Origin: an uncultured Chromatiales bacterium
GTDB taxonomy: Bacteria; Pseudomonadota; Gammaproteobacteria; Steroidobacterales; Woeseiaceae
Direction: 5' to 3'
Assembly (NCBI GenBank): GCA_965651325.1
Contig: CBFGSB010000001.1
Location: 1,138-65,137 of the forward strand
Length of the DNA stretch: 64,000 nt
Shown: positions 1 to 8,820 of the stretch, piece by piece
Numbering within the stretch: the first letter of the stretch is position 1
How the letters are laid out: each line of letters opens with the position of its first letter
Program-made: the position numbers and the translations under genes
Notes under the pieces: generated by a model
Databases searched by the model: none
Told to the model about the DNA's origin: nothing
What the model saw: the letters and a program-made list of their open reading frames with translations, nothing else

Positions 1-181
1 AGCCGTGCGTATCGCCCGTGATGACCGCGGTCGCCGGTGCTTCACCGTAGCCGGTGTGACCGGTGTCCGTGCCGATCATGACCACGATGTCCTCGATCTT
101 GTCGACCGTGCGCAGCGCGGTCTTGAACGGCGTTTTCAGCGGCACGCGCAGGATGCCGAAGCGGATGTCTGTGATTTTCAT
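1..181 (-). CDS. L-Ala-D/L-Glu (dipeptide) epimerase, enolase superfamily; N-terminal fragment, gene runs off the left edge
   Basis: Hand translation of the minus strand from ATG at 181 gives MKITDIRFGILRVPLKTPFKTALRTVDKIEDIVVMIGTDTGHTGYGEAPATAVITGDTHG. The VPLxxPFKTALRTV and GxGEAPxTxVITGD blocks match my recollection of the B. subtilis YkfB N-terminus. Absent from the ORF track because the fragment is truncated. Confidence 0.7.
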   Translation of the reverse strand, partial: MKITDIRFGILRVPLKTPFKTALRTVDKIEDIVVMIGTDTGHTGYGEAPATAVITGDTHG

Positions 182-191
182 AGACGAGTAT

Positions 192-1613
192 TCATAAAGT
201 CGGCGGAGCTTCCCTGGTCGGATCGTTCGCGACGCGCACGATGCTTCGCATGCGGTCGATGTAGGTGTCCCGTTCGTTGGCCGCGAGCGGCAGGAGCGGC
301 GTCACCGAGACGCCGTTCAACCCGACCCGGCGAACCTCGCCGTCGGGTGCCTGGTATCCGAAGCCGGTAGTGTCGTGGATGACCCACGGCTCGCCGTCGA
401 CGTGGCCGATCACCATCATGACGTGGCCGGGTATGTAAACCAGCTCCCCGACGTCCAGGCTGCGCGCGGCCCGCAGGCGCTGTGCGCGGGTCGCCGTCTC
501 GTCGAACATGTCCTTGTCGAATGCCGGGCTCACGCTCTGGTCGGAGGTGTTGCGCGGCACGACCAGGCCCATGCTGCGGTAGACCTCGGAGACGAATCCG
601 CTGCAGTCGCGCGTGCCGTAGGAGTGACCCCAGCCATAGCGCTCGCCCAGGAACTTGAAACCCTGGCGAATGATGTTCGCGCGCGTGAGCGGCAGGTAGT
701 CGCCCGCGGTATCGGCGTTACGCTGCAGGAGCGCGGGCGCGAGGGTGAGCGAGCCATCGTCTTTGCGCAGGGGCAGCTCGATCACGTAGCCGTAAAACGG
801 ATGCTGGCCGTTGACGGTTTTACCCGCGGGCCAGTCCGCGAGCAGGGGCAGGCGCAGGCCCATGTCGAGCTGCAGCTCCGAGAGCGCCGGCTGCTCCGGG
901 GTGAAGACGGTCTCCACCGTCGCGCCGGTAACGATTCGCCAGGGCCCGCGGCTGCCGTACGCGAACACCTCGCGGGCAGGCCCTTCGGCCACGAACTGCT
1001 TCTCGATCCACGCCGCGTAGCGGTTCGATACGACGAACCACCATTGCCCGTCGCGGCTCTCGTGCGCGATGACCACCGCCTGGCCTGGAAACAGCGCGTT
1101 TTCCTGGAAGCGGTCGATGTCGGTGTCGCCGGGCTCGCGGAATACGCGCATATCCGTGGGAAAACTCCGCAGCGGCGCACGCCGGACCACCAGGCCGTAG
1201 CGCGCGGGACGGCTTTCCGGGATCACGTCGAGATTCCGGTTGGCGACGATCGTGGCGACCGCGCTGTCCGGCACCGGCGCGCCCGCGGTGTCGTACAGCA
1301 CGTCGTCCGGGGGCGCGGCGAGATCCTCGATCCACCCCGCTACGAGCTCACGGGACAACGCGCCCGGCAGCGCTTCGAGGTCGTACATGGACTCGTCCAG
1401 CGCAAACAAACGCGCGTTCTGCGCCTCGATCGCCTGCCGCTCGAGCAGGATTTCGTCCGGCTCGGCAAGCTTCGCAATCCAGAATTCCGGATCCAGGTGC
1501 ACCGTTTCCACCCCGATGATGTCGAGCACCGGCCGCGGCTCGGCCGCCGCCGCGAGCGCGGGTAATGCGAGGACGGCCAGCAACAGCGCCGTCATGGCTT
1601 TGCTTCGCATCAT
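192..1613 (-). CDS. Secreted NlpC/P60 (C40) cell-wall peptidase with N-terminal SH3-like region (YkfC-like gamma-D-glutamyl-diamino-acid endopeptidase candidate)
   Basis: Signal peptide MMRSKAMTALLLAVLALPALAAAA. C-terminal NlpC/P60 catalytic motifs: GTRDCSGFVSEVY (Cys), IPGHVMMVIGH (His), VIHD. Ends 10 nt upstream of the epimerase start. Confidence 0.85.
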   Translation of the reverse strand: MMRSKAMTALLLAVLALPALAAAAEPRPVLDIIGVETVHLDPEFWIAKLAEPDEILLERQAIEAQNARLFALDESMYDLEALPGALSRELVAGWIEDLAAPPDDVLYDTAGAPVPDSAVATIVANRNLDVIPESRPARYGLVVRRAPLRSFPTDMRVFREPGDTDIDRFQENALFPGQAVVIAHESRDGQWWFVVSNRYAAWIEKQFVAEGPAREVFAYGSRGPWRIVTGATVETVFTPEQPALSELQLDMGLRLPLLADWPAGKTVNGQHPFYGYVIELPLRKDDGSLTLAPALLQRNADTAGDYLPLTRANIIRQGFKFLGERYGWGHSYGTRDCSGFVSEVYRSMGLVVPRNTSDQSVSPAFDKDMFDETATRAQRLRAARSLDVGELVYIPGHVMMVIGHVDGEPWVIHDTTGFGYQAPDGEVRRVGLNGVSVTPLLPLAANERDTYIDRMRSIVRVANDPTREAPPTL

Positions 1614-1626
1614 GCGCCGCTTGCCC

Positions 1627-2778
1627 TCACCCGGTGAAGATCTTCGACAATATCGACGCCACGAACAGCCCGTTTCCCGTCCCGATCACGTAGCCGAGCA
1701 GCGCCAGCAAAATGGCGAGCGGCACCAGCGAGCGCGCGTAGCTCGCGGCGAGCAGCGGCGTTGCCGCCACGCCGCCGATATGCGCGAGTGACGCGATGCC
1801 GCACAGGTAGAGGTCGAAGTGGAACAGCCGGGCAGCGAGCAGCATCAGCCCCGCGTGCATGGCGATGATCACGACGCCGGCGAGAATGTACACCGGCGCG
1901 TCCCCGATCCCCTGGAAGTTGCTCTGCGAGGCGAGCACGGCGACCACCGCAATCAGCAGCGCGCCGGAAATCGTGGCGGCACCCGGGTAGCGGGCCAGCG
2001 GCGTGTGCGCAACCACCAGGCCCAGGGCGGTTGCAATGAGAATCGTCCAGGTGGTGGCCGATACCATCGACGACTGCGGCAGGTACCCGGCGAGCCAGGA
2101 AGCGACGGCCGCCGCGACCAGGGCGAGCCCGAGCCACACGAGCACGCCGTCCGCCGTCGCCGGTCCCGTCGCCTGCGCCTCGGTCACGGTTAGCTCCGCG
2201 CTGGAGCGTGCCCCCGTCCAGCGATTGAACGCCGGCGCCAGGCTCGCGAGCGAGAACAGTATGGCGACCCATGTCGAGTAGCATAATGCATCGGTAAGAA
2301 GCGACATCGCCAGCAGGGAATCGGGCATCGCGATGGCTTCCTTGACGGCTATCATGTTGGCGGTGCCGCCGGTCCAGCTTCCCGACAGCGCTCCGAGCGG
2401 CATCCAGCCTTCCGCGGGCAGCCACGCACGAAAGATGAGCCCGGCCGTTACGAAGGCGGCGAAGAGGCTCGCCGTCGCGCAAAAGAACACGCCGAGGACC
2501 CGCGGCCCCAGCCGGTAGATCGCGCGCAGGTCGCAGTTGATCATGAGCAGGAACAGGAGCGCCGGCAGCAGCCGGGCGGTCACGGCCGACTGCGCCTCCT
2601 GGATTTCCGGGGTCACTTCCCAGAGGCCCAGCACCGCGAGGGCGGTAATCGACAGGTAGACCAGCACGATCGGCGGCGTGATCGCAAAGAGCCGCCAGCC
2701 GAGCCGCCGTTCCAGCGCGGGAAACAGCCCGGCGATCAGCAGCATCAGCGCCAGGTAAGGCCATACCGACTGGATCAT
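1627..2778 (-). CDS. DUF819-family polytopic membrane protein (putative transporter)
   Basis: 383 aa, about 10 or more hydrophobic segments. The N-terminus MIQSVWPYLALMLLIAGLFPALERR is typical of DUF819. Stop lies 13 nt upstream of the NlpC/P60 start on the same strand. Confidence 0.7.
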   Translation of the reverse strand: MIQSVWPYLALMLLIAGLFPALERRLGWRLFAITPPIVLVYLSITALAVLGLWEVTPEIQEAQSAVTARLLPALLFLLMINCDLRAIYRLGPRVLGVFFCATASLFAAFVTAGLIFRAWLPAEGWMPLGALSGSWTGGTANMIAVKEAIAMPDSLLAMSLLTDALCYSTWVAILFSLASLAPAFNRWTGARSSAELTVTEAQATGPATADGVLVWLGLALVAAAVASWLAGYLPQSSMVSATTWTILIATALGLVVAHTPLARYPGAATISGALLIAVVAVLASQSNFQGIGDAPVYILAGVVIIAMHAGLMLLAARLFHFDLYLCGIASLAHIGGVAATPLLAASYARSLVPLAILLALLGYVIGTGNGLFVASILSKIFTG

Positions 2779-2954
2779 TCATGCCCCTCTTGCACCCCGG
2801 AACAGGCGTTCTTCGATGCTGCCGGCCATCGCCGCAGGATGGTTGCAGAATATATGATTCCCGACCGACTTTGCCGAAGCATAAACTATTGACCGCCGCT
2901 TGCAAACCGTGTTAAACAGCGCGACAGAAGAGCGACTGTGGGAGCCTTTTACTC

Positions 2955-4457
2955 GTGACGGCATCGTGGGCGATCCGCAAACCCGTTGAGCGTTGCCGCG
3001 CCGCAAGCCTTGCCGCGCTGCTCGCCGCAATCCTGGCCGGCGCCGGCGCGGCGCTCGCGGGCGATGCGGAGGCCGTCACCGACCGGGTAATCGCCGCCAT
3101 CGATGCCGGCCAGTTCGCCTCGGCCGAGGCCGTCATCGCGCGCGCACTGGCGCAACCGGGGGTCGGCGACGATACCGCATCCGCCCTCCTCTTCCAGCGG
3201 GAGCGGATGCGCCGCATCCTGCTCGACTTCACGCTGGACGCGCAGGCCGTGAAGTCCCGCCTGCGGAAACAGATCCCCGACCTCACGGATGCCGAGTTCG
3301 CGCGCTGGGACGCGCAGGGACTCTTCGAGAGGCAGGTGATCGACGGAGAAGTCCGCTACTTCAACCGCTCGCCCTCGAACCTGTTCCGGTTGAGCGCCGA
3401 AGCCCGTGCGCGGCGCGCCGAGCAGACGCCGTTCAACGACGGGCCCATGGAAACGCCGAACGATTATCATCGCGCCGTGCGGCAAGCCGCGCTCACCGGG
3501 GAGCGCGCAAGCGTCCTGCCGCAGCGCATTCGCGTCACGCAATCGCTGACCGTCGATGCCGATGCCGTGCCGGCCGGCGAAACGGTGCGCGCCTGGATCC
3601 CGTTCCCGCGCGTCCTGCCGGGTCAGCAGGAAGACCTGCAACTGCTTAAGAGCACGCCCGCCGCGCGGATCGTGGCACCGGAGTCGGCGCTGCAGCGCAC
3701 GGTCTACCTGGAGCAAACGGCGCAGGGCGGCGTGCCGACCGAGTTCTCGATCAGCTATGAGCTGACGATCTACGCGCAGTACCAGGCGGTGGACCCTGAG
3801 CGGGTCGAGCCCGCCACGATCACGCCGGAGCTCGAGCCTTTCCTTTCCGAGCGCCCGCCGCACATCGTCTTCAACGAGTCGCTCGAGCTCTTCTCGGAAC
3901 AGGTCGTCGGTGACGAGACCAACCCGTGGCGCATCGCGCAAAAGCTCTTCGCCGCGGTCGACCGGATTCCCTGGGCCGGCGCGCGCGAGTACTCGACGAT
4001 CACCAACATCAGCAACTACGCGCTGCACGCGGGCCACGCCGACTGCGGCCAGCAGACGCTGCTCCTCATGACGCTGCTGCGCATGAACGGCATTCCCGCG
4101 CGCTGGCAGTCGGGAATGGTCTATTCCGAAGGCGACTACTGGAACCTGCACGACTGGGGCTGGTTCTACATCGCGCCCTACGGCTGGATGCCGATGGACG
4201 TGACCTTCGGCCGCTTCGAGGAAGCGCCGGAGCTCGAGTGGTTCTACCTCGGCGGGCTCGACGCCTACCGCATCGCGTTCAACGACGACTATGGCCGCCC
4301 GTTCCAGCCCGCCAAGCAGTTCTTCCGGTCCGAAACAGTCGACCTGCAGAGAGGCGAGGTGGAGTGGTCGGGCGGCAACCTTTATTTCGACCAGTGGGAT
4401 TATTCGTTCGATGCAAAAGTGTTGAGCGGGCCCGCTAGCGACGCCAAGAAAACCTGA
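2955..4457 (+). CDS. Secreted transglutaminase-like (cysteine protease fold) domain protein
   Basis: Signal-like N-terminus ending AALAGDA. Transglutaminase core motif HAGHADCGQQTLLLMTLLRMNGIPARWQSG followed by NLHDWGWFY (Cys-His-Asp arrangement). GTG start. Confidence 0.8.
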   Translation: MTASWAIRKPVERCRAASLAALLAAILAGAGAALAGDAEAVTDRVIAAIDAGQFASAEAVIARALAQPGVGDDTASALLFQRERMRRILLDFTLDAQAVKSRLRKQIPDLTDAEFARWDAQGLFERQVIDGEVRYFNRSPSNLFRLSAEARARRAEQTPFNDGPMETPNDYHRAVRQAALTGERASVLPQRIRVTQSLTVDADAVPAGETVRAWIPFPRVLPGQQEDLQLLKSTPAARIVAPESALQRTVYLEQTAQGGVPTEFSISYELTIYAQYQAVDPERVEPATITPELEPFLSERPPHIVFNESLELFSEQVVGDETNPWRIAQKLFAAVDRIPWAGAREYSTITNISNYALHAGHADCGQQTLLLMTLLRMNGIPARWQSGMVYSEGDYWNLHDWGWFYIAPYGWMPMDVTFGRFEEAPELEWFYLGGLDAYRIAFNDDYGRPFQPAKQFFRSETVDLQRGEVEWSGGNLYFDQWDYSFDAKVLSGPASDAKKT

Positions 4458-4477
4458 GGAATACCCGGGAGGGGGAC

Positions 4478-7400
4478 ATGCACAAGAGAACGTTGCTAGG
4501 TTACATGCGCGCGAGTGCGGTGGCGGTGTCCACGGCGCTCTGCCTGGCACTGGCGGTGCCGGCCATGGCGCAATCGCAGGACGGCGCGCTGGCGGGCCAG
4601 ACGGAGCCTGGCGCCGAGGTAACGGTGACGGACCCGAACACCGGGTTCAGCCGCACGGTGAGAGCGAACGCCGACGGCAGTTACCGTTTCCCGTTCCTCC
4701 CGGTGGGTACCTACACGCTCGAGGTGAGCCGGGACGGCAACGTCGTCGCGCAGCCAGTCGAGGTCGTGGTCGGGCTCGGCAGGACGACGCTGGTGAACGT
4801 GGGCACCGCCATGGACGTCATCGAGGTCACGGGGTCGCGCATCACACCGGCGATCGACGTCACGTCCACCGAGTCCGCGCTCAACATCTCCAAGGTGGAG
4901 CTGGAACGCCTGCCGGTGGACCGCAACCTCACGTCCGTGGCAACGCTTGCCTCCGGCGTCAACAAGGGCGAGTTCGGAGGGGTGTCGTTCGGTGGCTCCT
5001 CGGTGGCCGAAAATGCCGTATACATCAACGGCCTGAACGTCACCGATTTCTACAATCGCGTGGGCTTCTCCTCCGTGCCGTATGCCTTCTACGAGGAATT
5101 CCAGGTGAAGACGGGCGGCTACTCGGTGGAGTTCGGGCGCACGACAGGCGGCGTCATCAACGCCGTAACCCGCTCCGGCACCAACGAGTTCGAGTTCGGT
5201 GCCGAGGCCGTCTGGGAGCCGAGCTTTCTGCAGGGCGAGGCCGACAATCATTTCGACAACTCCGGCAACCCCCAATACATCGCCCAGTACGACGAATACG
5301 ACTACCAGGGTTTGAATCTTTACGCCGGCGGCCCGATCGTCCGCGACAAGCTGTTCTTCTTTGCGATGTACGAGCTTCGCAACTACGAGCCCATCAACAC
5401 CAATAACAGCGGCTCGGCCATCAACGACGCCGTCTCCGACGACGGCTTCTGGGGCACCAAGATCGACTGGCAGATCAACGACAACAACCTGCTGGAACTG
5501 CTTGCATTCTCCGACGAAAACACCGTAGCCACGGACGTTTACAGTTTCGACTACACGACGGGCGAACGCGGCGCGTTCCAGAACGTCGAGTACAGCGAAA
5601 GCGGCGGCACGAACTGGTCGGCCACGTACACGACTTACCTGACAGATGCACTTTCCGCCCGCGCGATGTACGGCGAGACCGAGCGTAAATCGGCGAGCTT
5701 CACGCCCAACGATGTCGATTGCAGCCGCATCGACGACAACCGCGAAGGCTTCGACTCCACCATCGGTTGCACCACTGCCTCGTCGGTGATTGCACGCACT
5801 GACAGCCGAGAGCAGGCGCGGCTCGACTTCCAGTGGAGCCTCGGTGATCACCGGGTACGGTTCGGCGTCGACCACGAAGTCAATACGTCGGATCACTCGC
5901 AGCACTACGTCGGTCCCGACCAGTTGCGCTACGAAATATATGACACCGTGCCCGGCGCTTCGCTGCAGAACGACGTCGGCCCGAGTATCGTTCCCCCCGG
6001 CGTATTCGCCTACGTCCGAACCCGCGCGTACGCGGTCGAGGGCGAGTTCGAGACCACCGCCACGGCCCTGTATCTCGAAGATAGCTGGCAGATCACCGAT
6101 ACGCTGGTCATCGACGGTGGCGTGCGATGGGACGCCTTCGACAACAAGAACTCGGATGGCGATACGTACATCAAGCTCGACGACATGGTAGCCCCGCGGT
6201 TCGGGTTCTCCTGGGATATGCAGGGCGACGGGCGCAGCAAGCTGTTCGGTAACGCCGGCCGGTACTTCCTGCCGGTCGCGAACGTGATCAACATCAAGCA
6301 GGCCGGCGGCTTCTCCGACATCCGCACCTTTTACGTGTTCGAAGGGCTCGAGGATTTCGAATACGACGGCCAGACCTATCAACGCCCGATCCTCGGGGCC
6401 CAGATCGGACCGGTCAACGATTCGCAGGGCGACGGCACTGTCGGCGACCTGCGCGGCGAGGTCGATGCCGACATGGACCCGGTCTACCAGGACGAGATCA
6501 TCCTGGGATACCAGTCCATGATCGACGAGCACTGGTCCTGGGGCGTGCGTGGCATCTACCGCGAGCTCACGAACGCAATCGACGACATGGAAATCACGTC
6601 CAACGGTATTGTCTGCAACGGTGACACCGGGTACGTCGGTTGGGTAATGGCCAATCCCGGCGAACCGGTAACCGTGTGGGGAGACAGCGACTGCGACGGC
6701 GTGTCGGACAGCTACATTACCGTCGACACGTCGCAGGAAGGCTGGAGCCTCTACGACGAAGAGGGCAACTACATCGGCGACGTGGGTTACCCGTCACCCG
6801 AGCGCACGTACAAGGCCCTCGAGTTCCAGATCGACCGTGCCTGGGACGATCAGTGGGCGTTCAATGCTACCTACACGCTGGCGTACAGCGAGGGCAACGC
6901 GGAAGGGCCGGTCAATTCGGATACCGATTTCGCCGACGCCGGCCGCACCGAGAACTACGACAAGCCCTGGGTCAACCTCGGCGGCGTGGGTCCGCTCCCG
7001 AACGATCACCGGCACCAGATCAAGCTGCGCGGTTCCTACGGATTCAACGACAACTGGCAGGTCGGCGGCACGCTGTTCGCCCAGTCCGGGCGCCCGATCA
7101 ACGCCTTCGGCGTGGGCAACCCGTGGGATGAGGAGAACTTCCGCAGCTTCTACGTTTGCACGGCCAACTGCGTGCCGCCAGACGATCCCGAAGCCGACTG
7201 GTCTCCCGCCGACCGGGAATGGGAGCACCGGGGTCGCGGCTGGGCCGGGCGTATGCCGTGGACCTACAATCTCGGCTTGAGCGTCACCTACCAGCGGGAG
7301 TTCGACGCGTTCGACCTCCGGGCGAAGTTCGCCGTCTATAACGTGCTCGACCAGCAGCGCGTGATCGAGGTCGACGACGAGTACGAGACCGATATCGGCT

Positions 7401-7480
7401 TCATCAACCCGGATTATCTCCAGGGCACGGCCTACCAGTCGCCGCGCTACGCGCAGTTCCAGGTTACGGTCGACTTCTGA
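4478..7480 (+). CDS. TonB-dependent receptor, Oar-like, with N-terminal carboxypeptidase-regulatory-like domain
   Basis: 1000 aa with signal peptide ending PAMAQSQ. CarboxypepD_reg-like block VTVTDPNTGFSRTVRANADGSYRFPFLPVGTYTLEV, plug motif IEVTGSRI, aromatic C-terminus QFQVTVDF. SD GGGAGGGGG precedes the ATG; only 20 nt after the transglutaminase-like gene. Confidence 0.9.
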   Translation: MHKRTLLGYMRASAVAVSTALCLALAVPAMAQSQDGALAGQTEPGAEVTVTDPNTGFSRTVRANADGSYRFPFLPVGTYTLEVSRDGNVVAQPVEVVVGLGRTTLVNVGTAMDVIEVTGSRITPAIDVTSTESALNISKVELERLPVDRNLTSVATLASGVNKGEFGGVSFGGSSVAENAVYINGLNVTDFYNRVGFSSVPYAFYEEFQVKTGGYSVEFGRTTGGVINAVTRSGTNEFEFGAEAVWEPSFLQGEADNHFDNSGNPQYIAQYDEYDYQGLNLYAGGPIVRDKLFFFAMYELRNYEPINTNNSGSAINDAVSDDGFWGTKIDWQINDNNLLELLAFSDENTVATDVYSFDYTTGERGAFQNVEYSESGGTNWSATYTTYLTDALSARAMYGETERKSASFTPNDVDCSRIDDNREGFDSTIGCTTASSVIARTDSREQARLDFQWSLGDHRVRFGVDHEVNTSDHSQHYVGPDQLRYEIYDTVPGASLQNDVGPSIVPPGVFAYVRTRAYAVEGEFETTATALYLEDSWQITDTLVIDGGVRWDAFDNKNSDGDTYIKLDDMVAPRFGFSWDMQGDGRSKLFGNAGRYFLPVANVINIKQAGGFSDIRTFYVFEGLEDFEYDGQTYQRPILGAQIGPVNDSQGDGTVGDLRGEVDADMDPVYQDEIILGYQSMIDEHWSWGVRGIYRELTNAIDDMEITSNGIVCNGDTGYVGWVMANPGEPVTVWGDSDCDGVSDSYITVDTSQEGWSLYDEEGNYIGDVGYPSPERTYKALEFQIDRAWDDQWAFNATYTLAYSEGNAEGPVNSDTDFADAGRTENYDKPWVNLGGVGPLPNDHRHQIKLRGSYGFNDNWQVGGTLFAQSGRPINAFGVGNPWDEENFRSFYVCTANCVPPDDPEADWSPADREWEHRGRGWAGRMPWTYNLGLSVTYQREFDAFDLRAKFAVYNVLDQQRVIEVDDEYETDIGFINPDYLQGTAYQSPRYAQFQVTVDF

Positions 7481-7489
7481 TATCCCCCT

Positions 7490-7529
7490 CCGGCGGTCCG
7501 TGCCTCGCGGTGCGGGCCGCCGGCTTTTT
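7490..7529 (+). terminator. Rho-independent terminator candidate after the Oar-like receptor gene
   Basis: CCGGCGGTCCG (7490-7500) pairs with CGGGCCGCCGG (7513-7523) with one mismatch, followed by CTTTTTG. Confidence 0.5.
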
Positions 7530-8820
7530 GCCCGGCGAGCACGCCTTGGCGGACACCGCATCGGAACAACTCGACGGCGTCGATCTCGAGGCCCTCGCGC
7601 TTGAGCTCGGGACACCGGTCCACGTCTACTCCGCCGGCACGATCCGGCAGCGGGTCACCGCGCTGCGCGCCGCGCTTTCCGGCCTCAATGCACTGATCTG
7701 CTATGCCGTGAAAGCCAACGGCAACCTCGCGGTCCTGCGCCTGCTCGCCGACCTGGGCGTGGGCGCGGACATCGTTTCCGGCGGCGAGCTCGACCGTGCC
7801 CTTGCGGCAGGCGTCCCGGCATGGCGCATCGTGTTTTCCGGCGTGGGCAAGCGCGACGACGAGATCGACCAGGCGCTGGCCGCGGGCATCGCGCGCTTCA
7901 ACGTGGAATCCGCCGACGAGCTCGAAACCCTGCAAAGAATCGCGAAGGAGCGGCGCACGATCGCGCGGGCCGCGGTACGCGTCAACCCGGACGTGGACGC
8001 ACGTACCCATGCGAAGATCTCCACCGGACGCGCGGAGAACAAATTCGGCGTGGCGATTGCCGAAGCTCCTTCCTGGTTCGAACGGGCCGCCGGCATGACC
8101 CACGTTCGCCTGGACGCCCTGCACATGCACATCGGCTCGCAAGTGCTCGAGCTGGAACCGTTTACCCTTGCGCTGGAGAGACTCGGCCAGCTATGGCGAC
8201 AGCTCGTGCGCGCGGATTACGCGATCGCGAGCATCGACGTGGGCGGAGGACTCGGCGTCTGTTACCGGGCCGGGCACGACAAGCCCGTAAGTCCCGTAGG
8301 CTACGTCAACGAGATCCGCAAGGCGCTGCACGGATTTACCGGGCGCATCATCCTGGAGCCGGGCCGCTGGCTGGTCGCCGAGGCGGGCATTCTCCTGACG
8401 CGGGTGCTCCGGATCAAGCAAGGCCTGGAACGGCGCTGGCTCGTCCTGGATGCGGGGATGAACGACCTGCCGCGCCCGGCGTTGTATGACGCCTGGCACG
8501 ATATCACGCCGGTGGGACGTGCAACGGGACCGGCGACAACCTACGATATCGTGGGTCCGGTGTGCGAGAGCAGCGACGTGTTTGCACGCGCGCGCGAGCT
8601 ACCGCAATGCAGCGCGGGCGACCTGCTCGCCATTCGCGGAACCGGCGCGTATGGCGCGTCGATGGCATCGACCTACAACTCGCGCCCACTCGCCGCGGAG
8701 GTGCTGGTCGGCGACGGACGGTACGCACTGATCCGCCGCCGGCAGACCTTCGAGGACATGATCGCAGCCGAGGTGATAACACCGGAATGGCAGGAACATA
8801 CCCCGCCGCGGCGCGCATAG
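7510..8820 (+). CDS. lysA: Diaminopimelate decarboxylase
   Basis: LALELGTPVHVYSAGTIRQR, YAVKANGNLAVLRLLADLGVGADIVSGGEL, and the C-terminal GAYGASMASTYNSRPLAAEVLV are classic LysA/Orn-DAP-Arg decarboxylase blocks. The longest-ORF GTG (7510) sits inside the terminator hairpin; in-frame TTG at 7528 or 7546 may be the true start. Confidence 0.9.
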   Translation: MRAAGFLPGEHALADTASEQLDGVDLEALALELGTPVHVYSAGTIRQRVTALRAALSGLNALICYAVKANGNLAVLRLLADLGVGADIVSGGELDRALAAGVPAWRIVFSGVGKRDDEIDQALAAGIARFNVESADELETLQRIAKERRTIARAAVRVNPDVDARTHAKISTGRAENKFGVAIAEAPSWFERAAGMTHVRLDALHMHIGSQVLELEPFTLALERLGQLWRQLVRADYAIASIDVGGGLGVCYRAGHDKPVSPVGYVNEIRKALHGFTGRIILEPGRWLVAEAGILLTRVLRIKQGLERRWLVLDAGMNDLPRPALYDAWHDITPVGRATGPATTYDIVGPVCESSDVFARARELPQCSAGDLLAIRGTGAYGASMASTYNSRPLAAEVLVGDGRYALIRRRQTFEDMIAAEVITPEWQEHTPPRRA

